From Octopus bimaculoides (Eukaryota), in contig NC_068994.1 of assembly GCF_001194135.2 (NCBI RefSeq), forward strand, positions 57,477,194 to 57,541,193: 64,000 nt of DNA. Direction: 5' to 3'. Shown in pieces: positions 12,623 through 25,496 of this stretch. Numbering within the stretch: position 1 is the stretch's first letter; every line of letters starts with the position of its first letter. The position numbers and the translations under genes are program-made. Below the pieces are notes generated by a model. That model was not told the DNA's origin. It was given only the letters and a program-made list of their open reading frames with translations, and searched no databases.

Positions 12623-13380
12623 TTCTATCAACGCCATTACTAACTAGTTGCGGTTGTTTTGATTACTTCAAAGAGATATAGTATTCTGCTGAGACTTGCT
12701 GGCCTTCAGCACTAAGTTATCAGTATAAATAATAAATAAAAGAACCAGTAATTAGACTAACATATGGCTGAACAAAACTACAACACAAAGATTAACGAAT
12801 GATAGCGACCAACCTTCTTCTTCTTCTTCTTCTTCTTCTTCTTCTTCTTCTTCTTCTTCTTCTTCTTCTTCTTCTCTTCCTCCTCCTCCTCCTCCTTTTC
12901 CTCCGTCTTCTTTTTCTCCTTCTATTCCTTCTTCTTTCTCTTCTTTTCTGCAACATCATCTACTCCGTCCATTTTTTCTTCATCTTCTACTCTCCTTTTC
13001 TTCTTTTCATTGTTTCCTTCTACTCTTTTCTTCTTGTGTTTCTTATTTTTATTCTTCTGTAAGTTGTTGATATCGTCATATTTTTTCAGGCAATTGCTAA
13101 GGAATTTGATATTTTTTTTTCCTTATTATTATTATTATTATTTTTGGTTTATTTTGCGTAGGTAGATATGGACAAAAATAAAATCTGCAGAGTTTTATTA
13201 CAAGCATTTAAGAATAGTTCGCGCGCTGCAAACCGACTATTGCAAGCAAAGAATTTCCAAAATATAGAATGGGAGGAAAGAATTAATAATAGAAGCATTA
13301 GGACCACGAACCGCTTAAGTTCTCTCATACATTTTTGTCAGTTCAAATCTAGCTGCAACCGTGTGAGAGTGTTTCATTTA

Positions 13381-13519
13381 CAATAATGAAGAAACAATGG
13401 ATGGCTAAAATAATGAAGAAAGAAAGGATCTCTAAAATAATGAAGAGAGAAAGGATCTCTAAAATTTTGAAGAAAGAAAGGAGCGCTAAAATATGAAGAA
13501 AGAAAGATCTCTAAAAATA
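13381..13519. repeat. 27-bp minisatellite (about 4-5 copies)
   Basis: Unit CTAAAATAATGAAGAAAGAAAGGATCT starting at 13405, 13432, 13459 and 13486, with degenerate flanking copies. Confidence 0.85.
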
Positions 13520-13994
13520 AGCACAGGGGAATACATGTCCTTTCGTGTAAAACTGTTGAATAAAAATACGGAAGCATCGAATCCAGAACGCATCTATTTC
13601 ATGTAGAAAGACTGAAGCTTAGAGTTTCTAGAACTGTTACTTATTGCTTACTTCTTACACCAACAGAAAAAAAAAAGCGAAAACATTAACCAAACATTTG
13701 TTGACGTAATAATACGAAGCATCAATGATTACGAGTTTAAAACCGACTCTGCTCTCAAGGAATATACCATGAAGGGCAACCGGGGTCCATATGATACTTA
13801 GGAGTCCACATGACCCTTGGGGGCTGCATATAAAATTTTGTTGTTAAAATTTATGTGAAATAAATTGGTTATACTTTTAAAACACACGAAATATTTTTTA
13901 TATTTTTTAATTTGATACAATTCCCGATTATATTTTATTATATAAATACAATAGGATTTTTAAGCCTCATATAGCAATACGAATCCCGCAGAGT

Positions 13995-14293
13995 AAAATA
14001 GGTTGTTGTGTTTGTGGATTTTAGCGGAGGAAGTAAATTGTGGGGGTGTGAGGGTGCGGACAATGAGGTTAGAGGCGGTGAGGAGAGACGGGAGGAGGAG
14101 ATGAGCTCATGGATAGTGGAGGACACAGTCTGTTGGTAGCTGGTCGTGGGGTTGGAGGGTAGAGGGCAGTAGAAGGAGGTGTCTTGAAGTTGGCGGAGAG
14201 CTTCCGCCTTGTGGAGGTCCACGCGCCACACCACCACAGCTCCACCCTTGTCGGCCGGTTTTATGATGATGTCCGTGCGACATCGGAGACATC
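13995..14293 (-). mobile_element. Penelope-like element (PLE) reverse transcriptase N-terminal fragment, frameshifted
   Basis: Minus translation CLRCRTDIIIKPADKGGAVVVWRVDLHKAEALRQLQDTSFYCPLPSNPTTSYQQTVSSTIHELISSSRL, then via frameshifts TASNLIVRT..TPTIYFL..KIHK. The KPADKG-x-VV...Y..L..DPT...LPKIHK signature marks PLE RTs. The fragment runs into the gap at 14294-14513. Confidence 0.85.
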
Positions 14294-15394
14294 NNNNNNN
14301 NNNNNNNNNNNNNNNNNNNNNNNNNNNNNNNNNNNNNNNNNNNNNNNNNNNNNNNNNNNNNNNNNNNNNNNNNNNNNNNNNNNNNNNNNNNNNNNNNNNN
14401 NNNNNNNNNNNNNNNNNNNNNNNNNNNNNNNNNNNNNNNNNNNNNNNNNNNNNNNNNNNNNNNNNNNNNNNNNNNNNNNNNNNNNNNNNNNNNNNNNNNN
14501 NNNNNNNNNNNNNATATATATATATATATACAGCACGATTTATTCGTGATCAGAGGCGTTCGTAAACTGAGGTATTACTGTATATCTTTAGACAAAACTA
14601 GATTTGACGGTGAGCTACTTACTATAGTGGGGTGTTTGAGAATAATGGTTCCAAATACAAACAAAATTACTTTCATAAACAGGTAAGCAGAATCTACAAT
14701 CAAACATTTCGTCTAAAATAACACAAACAGACACATTCTTCAACTCATTCAACTCGATTCTCATATGGCCAAATATTTTCTGTTTAATTTCAAAACTTTT
14801 CTCTGTCAGTATAAGCTGCTTAATCACCAAATGACGACGCTGAACTTTCGTTGCCGTTTCTCCCATCGACAACGCCATTATAAGTACTTAGTGTTAAAGC
14901 TCGATAAGCACTCGGCCACTAAACACTTTCGGTGAGGTTTACGAATTTACGTCAGATAATCACGACAATGACTCGCTCCACAATCAGAGATTGGTGAGAA
15001 AAACTATCGAGATAAGCAGCTACGGAAGTGTAAAATTGATGAGTTGAGTCCATTTCATAGAAAACGTGATGCTTTAACGATATTTTATTAAAGTGATGGG
15101 AATTACCACCATGGAGGTCCTAATTACTGTATGTTAGTGACGGACCTTTCGAATTCGTTACGGCAATTCTAAATCTATTTTAAATATGCAAGGAAAGAAA
15201 AGCTATGGCCATTTCGGCTCATGCATACCGGAGATTATGCAAATTTTAAAAATTCATTATCCACCTGAAACTAGAGTGATGAATTTAATAATGGAAAATA
15301 TTGATGATAACTCTTTAACAAATTGAAACTATTCAAAGGTATTTTTCTTGCCAAAAGAAAGACAAACGTGCGATGTTATCAAATTGCTTAAAGC

Positions 15395-15575
15395 GGCGAG
15401 CTGGCAAAATCGTTAGCAGGCCGGGAAAAGACTTAGCGACATTTTGTCAGGCTTTACTTCTGAGTTCAAATTTCACCGAGGTCGACGTTGCCTTTCATGC
15501 TTTCGGGGTCGATAAAATAACTAGCAGTTGAACACAGTGGGGTCGATGTAATCGACTTAGTCCCTCCACCAAACC
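15395..15575 (+). mobile_element. SINE family A
   Basis: GGCGAGCTGGCAAAATCGTTAGC...TGAGTTCAAATTTCACCGAGGTCGACGTTGCCTTTCAT...GGGGTCGATGTAATCGAC. Confidence 0.85.
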
Positions 15576-16862
15576 TGCTATGAACTATATATATATAGTT
15601 CATAGATGAGAATCTGTAGTGCTCAAGAGATGTAAACTCGTGCGAGTAGAGGAGTAAATGTCGGAATAAGCAAGTTAGACACGACAATATATAAAGTATA
15701 ATAGATACATGAAATACAAAATATGCATATATTACATACGAATGGGTCCGACTTACACAAAATAGAAATGATATAGAGAATTAAAGGGGAGAGGAATAGC
15801 ATTACAAATCCAACAGCTGTTTCTGGGGGTTCGGTGGTCCAAAATAATGTCTGTAGATTGATTCCATCGTCGGATGAGACGAGCCTCCGTCTTCAGGAAA
15901 GAGATTTTATATTTGAGGTGTTGAAAGGACGAAGTTATATATATATATATATATATATATATATNNNNNNNNNNNNNNNNNNNNNNNNNNNNNNNNNNNN
16001 NNNNNNNNNNNNNNNNNNNNNNNNNNNNNNNNNNNNNNNNNNNNNNNNNNNNNNNNNNNNNNNNNNNNNNNNNNNNNNNNNNNNNNNNNNNNNNNNNNNN
16101 NNNNNNNNNNNNNNNNNNNNNNNNNNNNNNNNNNNNNNNNNNNNNNNNNNNNNNNNNNNNNNNNNNNNNNNNNNNNNNNNNNNNNNNNNNNNNNNNNNNN
16201 NNNNNNNNNNNNNNNNNNNNNNNNNNNNNNNNNNNNNNNNNNNNNNNNNNNNNNNNNNNNNNNNNNNNNNNNNNNNNNNNNNNNNNNNNNNNNNNNNNNN
16301 NNNNNNNNNNNNNNNNNNNNNNNNNNNNNNNNNNNNNNNNNNNNNNNNNNNNNNNNNNNNNNNNNNNNNNNNNNNNNNNNNNNNNNNNNNNNNNNNNNNN
16401 NNNNNNNNNNNNNNNNNNNNNNNNNNNNNNNNNNNNNNNNNNNNNNNNNNNNNNNNNNNNNNNNNNNNNNNNNNNNNNNNNNNNNNNNNNNNNNNNNNNN
16501 NNNNNNNNNNNNNNNNNNNNNNNNNNNNNNNNNNNNNNNNNNNNNNNNNNNNNNNNNNNNNNNNNNNNNNNNNNNNNNNNNNNNNNNNNNNNNNNNNNNN
16601 NNNNNNNNNNNNNNNNNNNNNNNNNNNNNNNNNNNNNNNNNNNNNNNNNNNNNNNNNNNNNNNNNNNNNNNNNNNNNNNNNNNNNNNNNNNNNNNNNNNN
16701 NNNNNNNNNNNNNNNNNNNNNNNNNNNNNNNNNNNNNNNNNNNNNNNNNNNNNNNNNNNNNNNNNNNNNNNNNNNNNNNNNNNNNNNNNNNNNNNNNNNN
16801 NNNNNNNNNNNNNNNNNNNNNNNNNNNNNNNNNNNNNNNNNNNNNNNNNNNNNNNNNNNNNN

Positions 16863-16908
<46 letters not shown>

Positions 16909-17367
16909 TAGAGAAATGGACAAAGAAATGCAGACGTTCATCCATTTATATATCGTTACATTTTCCCTTCAGATCTATACAAATAATTCATTACTGAAAT
17001 ATTTTGGTTTCGGTTATCTCCTTCGTCTTTCTAAGCTCTCAGCATTAACCACAAATATGCAGAGTGAGTTAGAAAAATTAAAAAAAACAAAAACGAAGGT
17101 TTTACAAGTCATTAGTTTCACTTCCTTTCATTCCCGCTCATATTTCCATTATTCTCTGTTTTTCACTGCACACTTGTTTAAAAATAGAGAAGACATATTT
17201 GCTGCAGTTATTGTTTAGAAATGCTTTCTCTAATACTGCAAAGTTTCTACATCAAAAATCTATACAATTCGAAAATCATTGTGTTTCATGTTACAAATAT
17301 AATTATTTGCCAAACATTTTGTTTTATATGGAAATAGTAAAAATACGTCATAGCCAAATATTCATTT

Positions 17368-17368
17368 A

Positions 17369-17420
<52 letters not shown>

Positions 17421-17433
17421 CATTATTATTGTT

Positions 17434-17469
<36 letters not shown>

Positions 17470-17470
17470 A

Positions 17471-17523
<53 letters not shown>

Positions 17524-17700
17524 GTTGTTGTTGTTATTGTTGTTGTTGTTATTGTTGTTGTTGTTGTTGTTGTGGTGGTTATTATTATCATCGTTATCAA
17601 CATCATCATTATTATTATTATTATTATTTGAAATTATTATTACCATTATTGTAGCTGTTGTTGTTGTTGTCGTTATTGTTATTGATATTGTTGCTGTTAT
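17368..17700. repeat. Compound (ATT)n/(GTT)n/(ATC)n microsatellite
   Basis: Alternating trinucleotide blocks; the source of the poly-Y/C/L/N ORFs in the track. Confidence 0.95.
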
Positions 17701-17857
17701 TCTTGTTATTGTTATTTTATATCGAGATGTATTTGTGCTTTATCGCAATTAGCATAGTATGACCGAATGCGGAAATACGTGGTTGGAGTATGAACTACTT
17801 AAACAGCCATACCTACAGCAATGAATAATATATACATTCACGTACGTGTGTGTGTAT

Positions 17858-17931
<74 letters not shown>

Positions 17932-18209
17932 ATGTGCGTATATTGTGGTGATTATTATATTAATTGATGTTGCTGTGAAACTATTTATCGAGAATTGTAG
18001 CGGATTCCTGCTTCACAATAAATTCATGGTGAATTTTTAGAGCCATTTGTATTAATAGCTCCGAAGTTACGAAACGTATTATTTGGTAACACACTTTCGA
18101 ATCCTGCTGAGGTCAGCTTTGTCTTTCATCCTTTCTGGGGCGTGAACTGAAGACGATGGAATCCAGTAAAATCTATGAACTCTGGAGCGACGTCGTACAT
18201 CTTGTGTTG

Positions 18210-18412
18210 TTTTACTTACTTCTGCTATTAGACCGCGGCCATTCTGGGGCACCACTTTGAGGGGTTTAGTCGAGCGAATCGAGTCTGGTATTTGCTTTTT
18301 GTTTTAAAACCGGGTAGATATTCTATCATCAAAATTTTGCCAAACTGCTAAGTTACAGGGACGTAAACAAACTAGCACCGGCTCCCAAGCAGTGGTGAAG
18401 ACAAACATAAAG

Positions 18413-18420
<8 letters not shown>
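18210..18420 (-). mobile_element. SINE family B, 3' half
   Basis: GACCGCGGCCATTCTGGGGCACCAC...TAGTCGAGCGAATCGA...CTAAGTTACAGGGACGTAAAC...AAGCAGTGGTG; matches 27585-27830. Confidence 0.75.
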
Positions 18421-18453
<33 letters not shown>

Positions 18454-18747
18454 CGTAAATACGTGAATACGTACAAGCATACACATGGATATAAACACAT
18501 GTATACGTGCATGCATACATACATACATACTTTACATACATAGGCACATACATACATACATGTATATATACATGCATGCTTTCGCATATACATGCGTGCA
18601 TACATCCCTATACACAAACGTACTTGCATCCATGCATAAATTCATCTATCGATACATACGACACATACGTACATTCATCAATGGATGCTTGCATACATAA
18701 TGAACGTCTGCATAGTAATTTCATCCTTTAACTTTCTTCCGCCTCAG

Positions 18748-19037
18748 ACCAGCTGAACAAAAACAAAGCAGAATCTATGAACTGGTCACATGACTTTATG
18801 AACGACTTGGCGTCATACAAGATCGACATTAACATAATGATATGCAAGAGGACAGATGACCATAGGGCAGCTTTGGCGATATTAGCGGCACGCATTGCGT
18901 TCGATTTTTCTATCAGTGACCTTAACACGCTGGAGCCGTTCCACTACCCGGCTGATCCCCACCCGTTTCATGTCATGCATGACAGCTTTGTGGCACTGGT
19001 TCTGAACTTGTATCGATCACAAACGGCTCAGAACACT
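18748..19037 (+). CDS. Internal coding exon (290 nt, phase 1 to phase 0) of an unidentified protein
   Basis: Acceptor TCATCCTTTAACTTTCTTCCGCCTCAG|, donor |GTACGT, and one stop-free frame across the whole exon: xQLNKNKAESMNWSHDFMNDLASYKIDINIMICKRTDDHRAALAILAARIAFDFSISDLNTLEPFHYPADPHPFHVMHDSFVALVLNLYRSQTAQNT. Higher GC than the flanks; all minus frames are interrupted over this span. Confidence 0.75.
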
Positions 19038-19049
19038 GTACGTACGTAT

Positions 19050-19113
<64 letters not shown>

Positions 19114-19343
19114 CATATACGCATACATAGATACACACGAACACATACATACAGACACGCACACAAGTACATATATATACACTGATGTACGAATGTGTGT
19201 GTGTGTGTGTGTGCGTGTACGTACGTATGTACGTATGTATGCATAAGTGCATAAACATATATACATATATACATTTATACACATATACGTACATTTACAC
19301 ATACACATCCATATATATATATATACATACACACACACGTATA

Positions 19344-19383
<40 letters not shown>

Positions 19384-19506
19384 TACACACACATATATAT
19401 AGATATACATACATATATATACATATATACTGTATATACATGTACATATAGATACAAACATACATACATACATCTGATGTATATTGTGTATTCATGTGTA
19501 TAGGAA

Positions 19507-19556
<50 letters not shown>

Positions 19557-20147
19557 CTGTGGGGGCGCGTGTGTGTTAGTACGTGTCAAAGCAGAATGCA
19601 AAAGAACGCACCAGATGATCGTATTAGTGGTCGCTCTTCTTATTTTCCCCCCTTCNNNNNNNNNNCCTCCCCCCCTCCTCCGCCTCGACGACGGCGGTGA
19701 CGACGGCGACAACGCAACCGATCGCTTTCCACGTATAATAAATAACATTCCCTCAAGACTTCGTTCGACCGAGCTGACCGACAACAAACAATAGCAGATC
19801 AGACAAGTATTCACAATAACATCCAGCAACGATACCAGTGTAAAAATATTTCCCACTAATGCTATTGTTCAATTATTAACATTAATGAAAACTGAAAGAC
19901 AATAGGGGGAAAATAATTGAATTATTAATCAAATTGAGATGAGAGAAAATTATAGTCAGCCAACAAGTTGATGCGATGTTAGGGCGTGCGAGCGGAGCAG
20001 AGTGACTGGGTCTGCCAAACGGCCTCTCCTGGTTAATAGAAAAAATATGTCATTCAACAAAATTTCTAAATGTTTAAATAGCTATTCCGTTTCCGCTGGA
20101 AATAATAAAATTTAATAGAAATACAAAAGCACTACACTGCTATTTCT

Positions 20148-20148
20148 T

Positions 20149-20224
<76 letters not shown>
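20148..20224. repeat. (TAG)n microsatellite
   Basis: About 25 perfect TAG units. Confidence 0.95.
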
Positions 20225-20225
<1 letters not shown>

Positions 20226-20254
20226 CCTGCTGGGTGTCCGGATGAACGAACATC

Positions 20255-21050
20255 TACTTGCTGAGCAGCATGCTGGAAATAGTTGTAAAATCTCCCTCAA
20301 ATCACCCTGTCGTCTTAGAGGAGTTATTACACATTGAATAATGTAATCCTAGATGCACTGTGTTTGTTAGATATCTTTGGTCACATGTCCGCTGGATCGG
20401 AGCTGATTTCGGACGAAGTAACTACTTATATTCAATGAATTAACAAGAAAACCTCTACATGGTCGCTCGAGTTGCTGGCAATAGTAACCAAATTTTTCAC
20501 ATCACACGTTGCAGGTTTTAAAAAAGAGGGAACAGAATAGCCACATCTAGAGAATCTTTGTCCTTAAATTTAGTTGATCGTGCCTGGCATAAGAATTAAC
20601 CAGTTTCAATGGCGTAGGCATATGTTAATGTTATCACGATTCGAGAATCGATAAACAGGATATTTATGTGGATTGTTACAACAAATCATTGTAAGACTTT
20701 GCTATACATCAAACATAATTCATTGCAAATTCATTATTTAGATTGTTGCCATTATTTACAAATTGATTTTGAGAAAGAAATGAATAAGAAAATATTAAAT
20801 AAGCAAGAATCGTACTAATGGAATCTCCCAAACGACGCGGGGGGACTCTCTTATATTATTTGACCTTCTTAGAAATAGCCAATTAATTCCCCATATCACA
20901 TCCTAGCATCTTAAAGAGAGCAACGTACAGAATATTCTAGTCCTCAATGAACTATGATTGAGAAACGTCAGAAGTCACTACTAAAGGATCTTTGATCATG
21001 TATCTCTGTGTGATTCGTGTTGACCTGGGGCTTAAAAGCCAACAATAATA
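20255..21050 (+). repeat. Cluster of degenerate copies of unclassified dispersed repeat family D
   Basis: Motif (GC)TAGAAATAGCAGCCAAATCTCCCTCAAATCAC...AATGTAGTCCTAGATGCACT recurs at about 20270, 20470 and 20870; related copies near 3665-3795, 39445, 43815 (minus) and 50215-50560. Confidence 0.55.
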
Positions 21051-21244
21051 AATCACGAAAGACATTCATTGGAATTTCTTGCTACCAGATATTAGTTGAA
21101 ACAATTTTCTCTGAGGATTTCTTATCTTTTACCAGAAGATTTCATGATGCTCGTGTCAAAATTTTAAGTACACTCTAGTTGTACACAGGCAATAAAAGAA
21201 AAAAAATGCCACTGTAAGAATACTAGCGTTGTTAAACAGAGAAT

Positions 21245-21720
21245 TAGATGAGATCCGAAAGTGGTGCGGAGGAGGTATATAAAAATGGGTCCGGATATCG
21301 GCAAATGTTATGAAGAATATCGATCTTTATGCTTTCAGATGTAAGTTCCAGAACGGAACATAGATTCTGCTATGGAAATTAAAATTCAGCAAATAAATTT
21401 TTCGATTCTTCACAGTAAAATGATTGACAGAAGAAATGAATGTTCCGTCCATTCGCCGCGAAGGCATCAACACTTGCTAATAAGTTCAGCACTTTCTTCG
21501 CAGATAAAATAAGAACAAATCGCAAACATCTGCTCCAATTTCGATTTTTCATATCTCCTACCTGATAACGTTTTAGTCGATAATTCTTCTTAAGTACCAA
21601 CAGCTGAGGTAGATTTTTGAAAGAAATGCTTTCCTCTTCCACTTCAAAATCATCTGTAGATGATAACTTCTCTTGGACACATTGCTTGTTATTATAAGAA
21701 CTGCTAAGCTACTAATCACC
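21245..21720 (+). mobile_element. Highly degenerate L2/CR1-type LINE ORF2 relic (endonuclease-RT linker)
   Basis: Fragments translate as KVVRRRYIKMGPDIGKCYEEYRSLC, ASTLANKFSTFFADKIRTNR and STSKSSVDD, resembling the LA..F..FF.DKI..IR and S.SKS..LD motifs that precede the RT in L2/CR1 elements; many stops and frameshifts. Confidence 0.5.
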
Positions 21721-22637
21721 ACTCGTCTTTTAAAATAAAAAAACATGGTTTCACTATCAGCCTTGAACTTCTGTCTTAGCTGTCGTCCAATCGCGTATCA
21801 GTTTCATTAGAAAAACAATAATGGACGTTAGTTTCCACATGAAAACTCATTTTTCTCCGCGTCGTTTCACACATACACCATTCCGCACAGTCCATAACTT
21901 GTGTTTGCTTTTTATCATATTGCAAAAAGAAAGAAAGAAAAAGAAAGAAAGAGGGAGAGAGAGAGGGAGAAAGAGAGAGAGAAGAAGTAAAAGAGAGAAT
22001 CTAAAGAAACTTTATCCTCAAGAAATGGTAATTAATCCAGTGAAATCAAACTGTTAATTGTAAAACGAAGACAAGTTGTTGTCCTTTACTCAATATAGAA
22101 ATTTATCATCTCACATTTCATTTATTTCCACGTCATTTGTTGCAATATTTTTATTACGTTCCATGGCAACTTTGATCGTGAATGCTTATAATGTAAGTAG
22201 TTCCAGTCGTGACCATACCATTTACTTATTATCTACAACCGTATTATCAACTCCTTGTTTAAGAGGATAGGATAATTTGAGAGAGATGCGACGGTTATTT
22301 CTGCCAATTTGCGAAACAACATGGAGGCTCCCTTCACGGTTGTCTCTTTGGTTTCAGTTCACACCTATTTCTATGTTGCGTGTAACGTTTTGTGAACAAT
22401 AGCGAAGTTGGTTATAGATTCAAACGAAGCAATCATTGCTTCAATAGATTTACGATCGTGAGAGTGACAAGGTAACGCGTCTCTACAATCTGTTTTCAAA
22501 CAAATACTGGTGAAAACACAACACTACCCTAAAGGCAAAACAGGCCTACCATACACTCATGACAGATATAAATAAATAACGGTCAGCGACTCAAATTAAG
22601 GCAGTAATGCCGATACAAATCATATTCGGCTTTCCTG

Positions 22638-22651
22638 CCACAAGGTGGCAG
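22638..22651 (+). promoter_or_regulatory. CTCF-like motif
   Basis: CCACAAGGTGGCAG closely matches the CTCF core CCACNAGRKGGCR(S); single motif, no functional data. Confidence 0.25.
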
Positions 22652-22863
22652 TAACGCATGCCAACATCACTTCATACTGGTGAGACCACGAATACCATGA
22701 CCACGTGATAATGCATTACGAAACTTTACAGTGAAACTACAATGCGCTCCTAAGAAACTGTTTAGAGACCTTCATAAAAACAGAACGCAACTGCATTTCA
22801 ATAAGTTTAAAAAGGAAACGCTTCCTAATGCGTGTGCTTGTGTTATGCATATATGTGTGTGTG

Positions 22864-22913
<50 letters not shown>

Positions 22914-23301
22914 CACACATATATATATATACACATACACACTCATATAAATATATGCATATGAACACATACACATATATATCTTCGACTCTTTTTATTT
23001 ACACGCTGTTACTTATAGCTTTATTTGCTTCGAGATTCACCACTCCTAAAACGAATTATTTTACGTTACCGAAGTTTCTAAATTCTTACGATGTCATCGT
23101 TACATACAGTATGTGTGTCTTATTAAAAAAAAAACACCCATTCAACACGCATGGAGGTGGGTGTTTTTGAATGCTCTTCTCTCCTTCTTTATATTTTTAT
23201 ATACCTATTAACAATTTGACGCTGTCGGCCCAGCGACAAATTAGAAGCGTGTACGACTATGAACGAAGAAGCATGACTTCTCTCTCTTTTACTATTATAA
23301 A

Positions 23302-23335
<34 letters not shown>

Positions 23336-23810
23336 GTATGTATATAAGTATATATGTATGTGTATGTATGTCAATGTTTGTATGTATGTATGTATTATGT
23401 ATGTGTGTATGTATGTATGTATGTACGTATGTGTCAATGCAACTGGATTCTGCGTAGTTCATGACTGCGACAACATCGACAAAGCGAACGAACGACCGGA
23501 GGTTCAATATTTATTAAACGTATAGAGAGAGGGGCTGAAGAACAAGATTTCGGCTTACGATGAATCACGTCTGGAAGACGATTATTTTTAGGAAATGCAT
23601 GAACGTCACGGTTCCTCACTTTTCTATTGTCTTAAGATTATAGCAAATTTTGCTCTTCAAAAGAAACCAATATTTGCAGAATTTTGTTTAAATTCCTTCT
23701 AATCTTCAACGTCCATTCTTAACTAAATAGCCTCATTGATTTACCTTTCGTCGTTCACTTTCCCAATATTTCCATCAGCCCCTTTATATCTGTGTGTCTA
23801 CGTTTTGTTT

Positions 23811-23892
<82 letters not shown>

Positions 23893-24639
23893 NNNNNNNN
23901 NNNNNNNNNNNNNNNNNNNNNNNNNNNNNNNNNNNNNNNNNNNNNNNNNNNNNNNNNNNNNNNNNNNNNNNNNNNNNNNNNNNNNNNNNNNNNNNNNNNN
24001 NNNNNNNNNNNNNNNNNNNNNNNNNNNNNNNNNNNNNNNNNNNNNNNNNNNNNNNNNNNNNNNNNNNNNNNNNNNNNNNNNNNNNNNNNNNNNNNNNNNN
24101 NNNNNNNNNNNNNNNNNNNNNNNNNNNNNNNNNNNNNNNNNNNNNNNNNNNNNNNNNNNNNNNNNNNNNNNNNNNNNNNNNNNNNNNNNNNNNNNNNNNN
24201 NNNNNNNNNNNNNNNNNNNNNNNNNNNNNNNNNNNNNNNNNNNNNNNNNNNNNNNNNNNNNNNNNNNNNNNNNNNNNNNNNNNNNNNNNNNNNNNNNNNN
24301 NNNNNNNNNNNNNNNNNNNNNNNNNNNNNNNNNNNNNNNNNNNNNNNNNNNNNNNNNNNNNNNNNNNNNNNNNNNNNNNNNNNNNNNNNNNNNNNNNNNN
24401 NNNNNNNNNNNNNNNNNNNNNNNNNNNNNNNNNNNNNNNNNNNNNNNNNNNNNNNNNNNNNNNNNNNNNNNNNNNNNNNNNNNNNNNNNNNNNNNNNNNN
24501 NNNNNNNNNNNNNNNNNNNNNNNNNNNNNNNNNNNNNNNNNNNNNNNNNNNNNNNNNNNNNNNNNNNNNNNNNNNNNNNNNNNNNNNNNNNNNNNNNNNN
24601 NNNNNNNNNNNNNNNNNNNNNNNNNNNNATGCACTTACA

Positions 24640-24661
24640 CATACATACATACATACATACA

Positions 24662-24694
<33 letters not shown>

Positions 24695-24725
24695 GTGTGT
24701 GTACATACATGCATACACACATACA

Positions 24726-24758
<33 letters not shown>

Positions 24759-24870
24759 GTGTGTGTACATACATGCATACACACATACATACATACATAC
24801 ATACATACATACATACATACATACATAAATGTGTGTATGTGTGTGTGTATACATGCATACACACATACAT
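24640..24870. repeat. (ATAC)n array with a higher-order unit
   Basis: The interruption ATATGTGTGTGTACATACATGCATACACAC recurs three times (third copy variant). Confidence 0.9.
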
Positions 24871-25032
24871 AGATATTCTTGTAGTCTGTAACTATGGTTT
24901 TATCGACTCTTTCGTACATTTTCTTCTAAATCTTTAATTGATTTTCCAATATTATGCCATCCATTCTATGTAATTCCAACATTTTCCCATGTCTATCGAC
25001 CCCCCCCCCCCTCCACCTAGCACTATTCCACT

Positions 25033-25204
25033 CTTCATCATCATCATCATCGTCATCATGATCAACGTCATCATCATCATCGTCATCATCGTCGTCGTCG
25101 TCATCGTTATCGTCATCACCAATACCACTATTACTACCGTCCTCCCCTCCTCCTTTTTCTCCTCCTCCTCCTCATCATCATTATTATCCTCGTGGTCATC
25201 GTCG

Positions 25205-25238
<34 letters not shown>

Positions 25239-25253
25239 TTATCATCATCATTT
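25033..25253. repeat. Compound (CAT)n/(CGT)n/(CCT)n low-complexity tract
   Basis: Directly visible. Confidence 0.9.
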
Positions 25254-25496
25254 ATAATAATTGTATTTGCCCAAGAGGATTTTAGTTATCTAAAGACGGT
25301 TTTCCCTTTATATCCAGGGGTAGAGAAAAAGGGGTATTTCTTTTCAAGCTGTACTTTATTTTCTTCCCCATTTTGGCTACACTTCAAATTTAAAGTGTCT
25401 GACAGCACACAAACACAGCACAACATACCATACTGCGATGCCAACGAGGTAAAAAATATATTACGCAACTGAATGACCAAAAGAAAGAAGTGAACA

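Noticed and set aside
12286-13062. Poly-F, poly-K and poly-L ORFs
   Set aside because: (CTT)n repeat translations.
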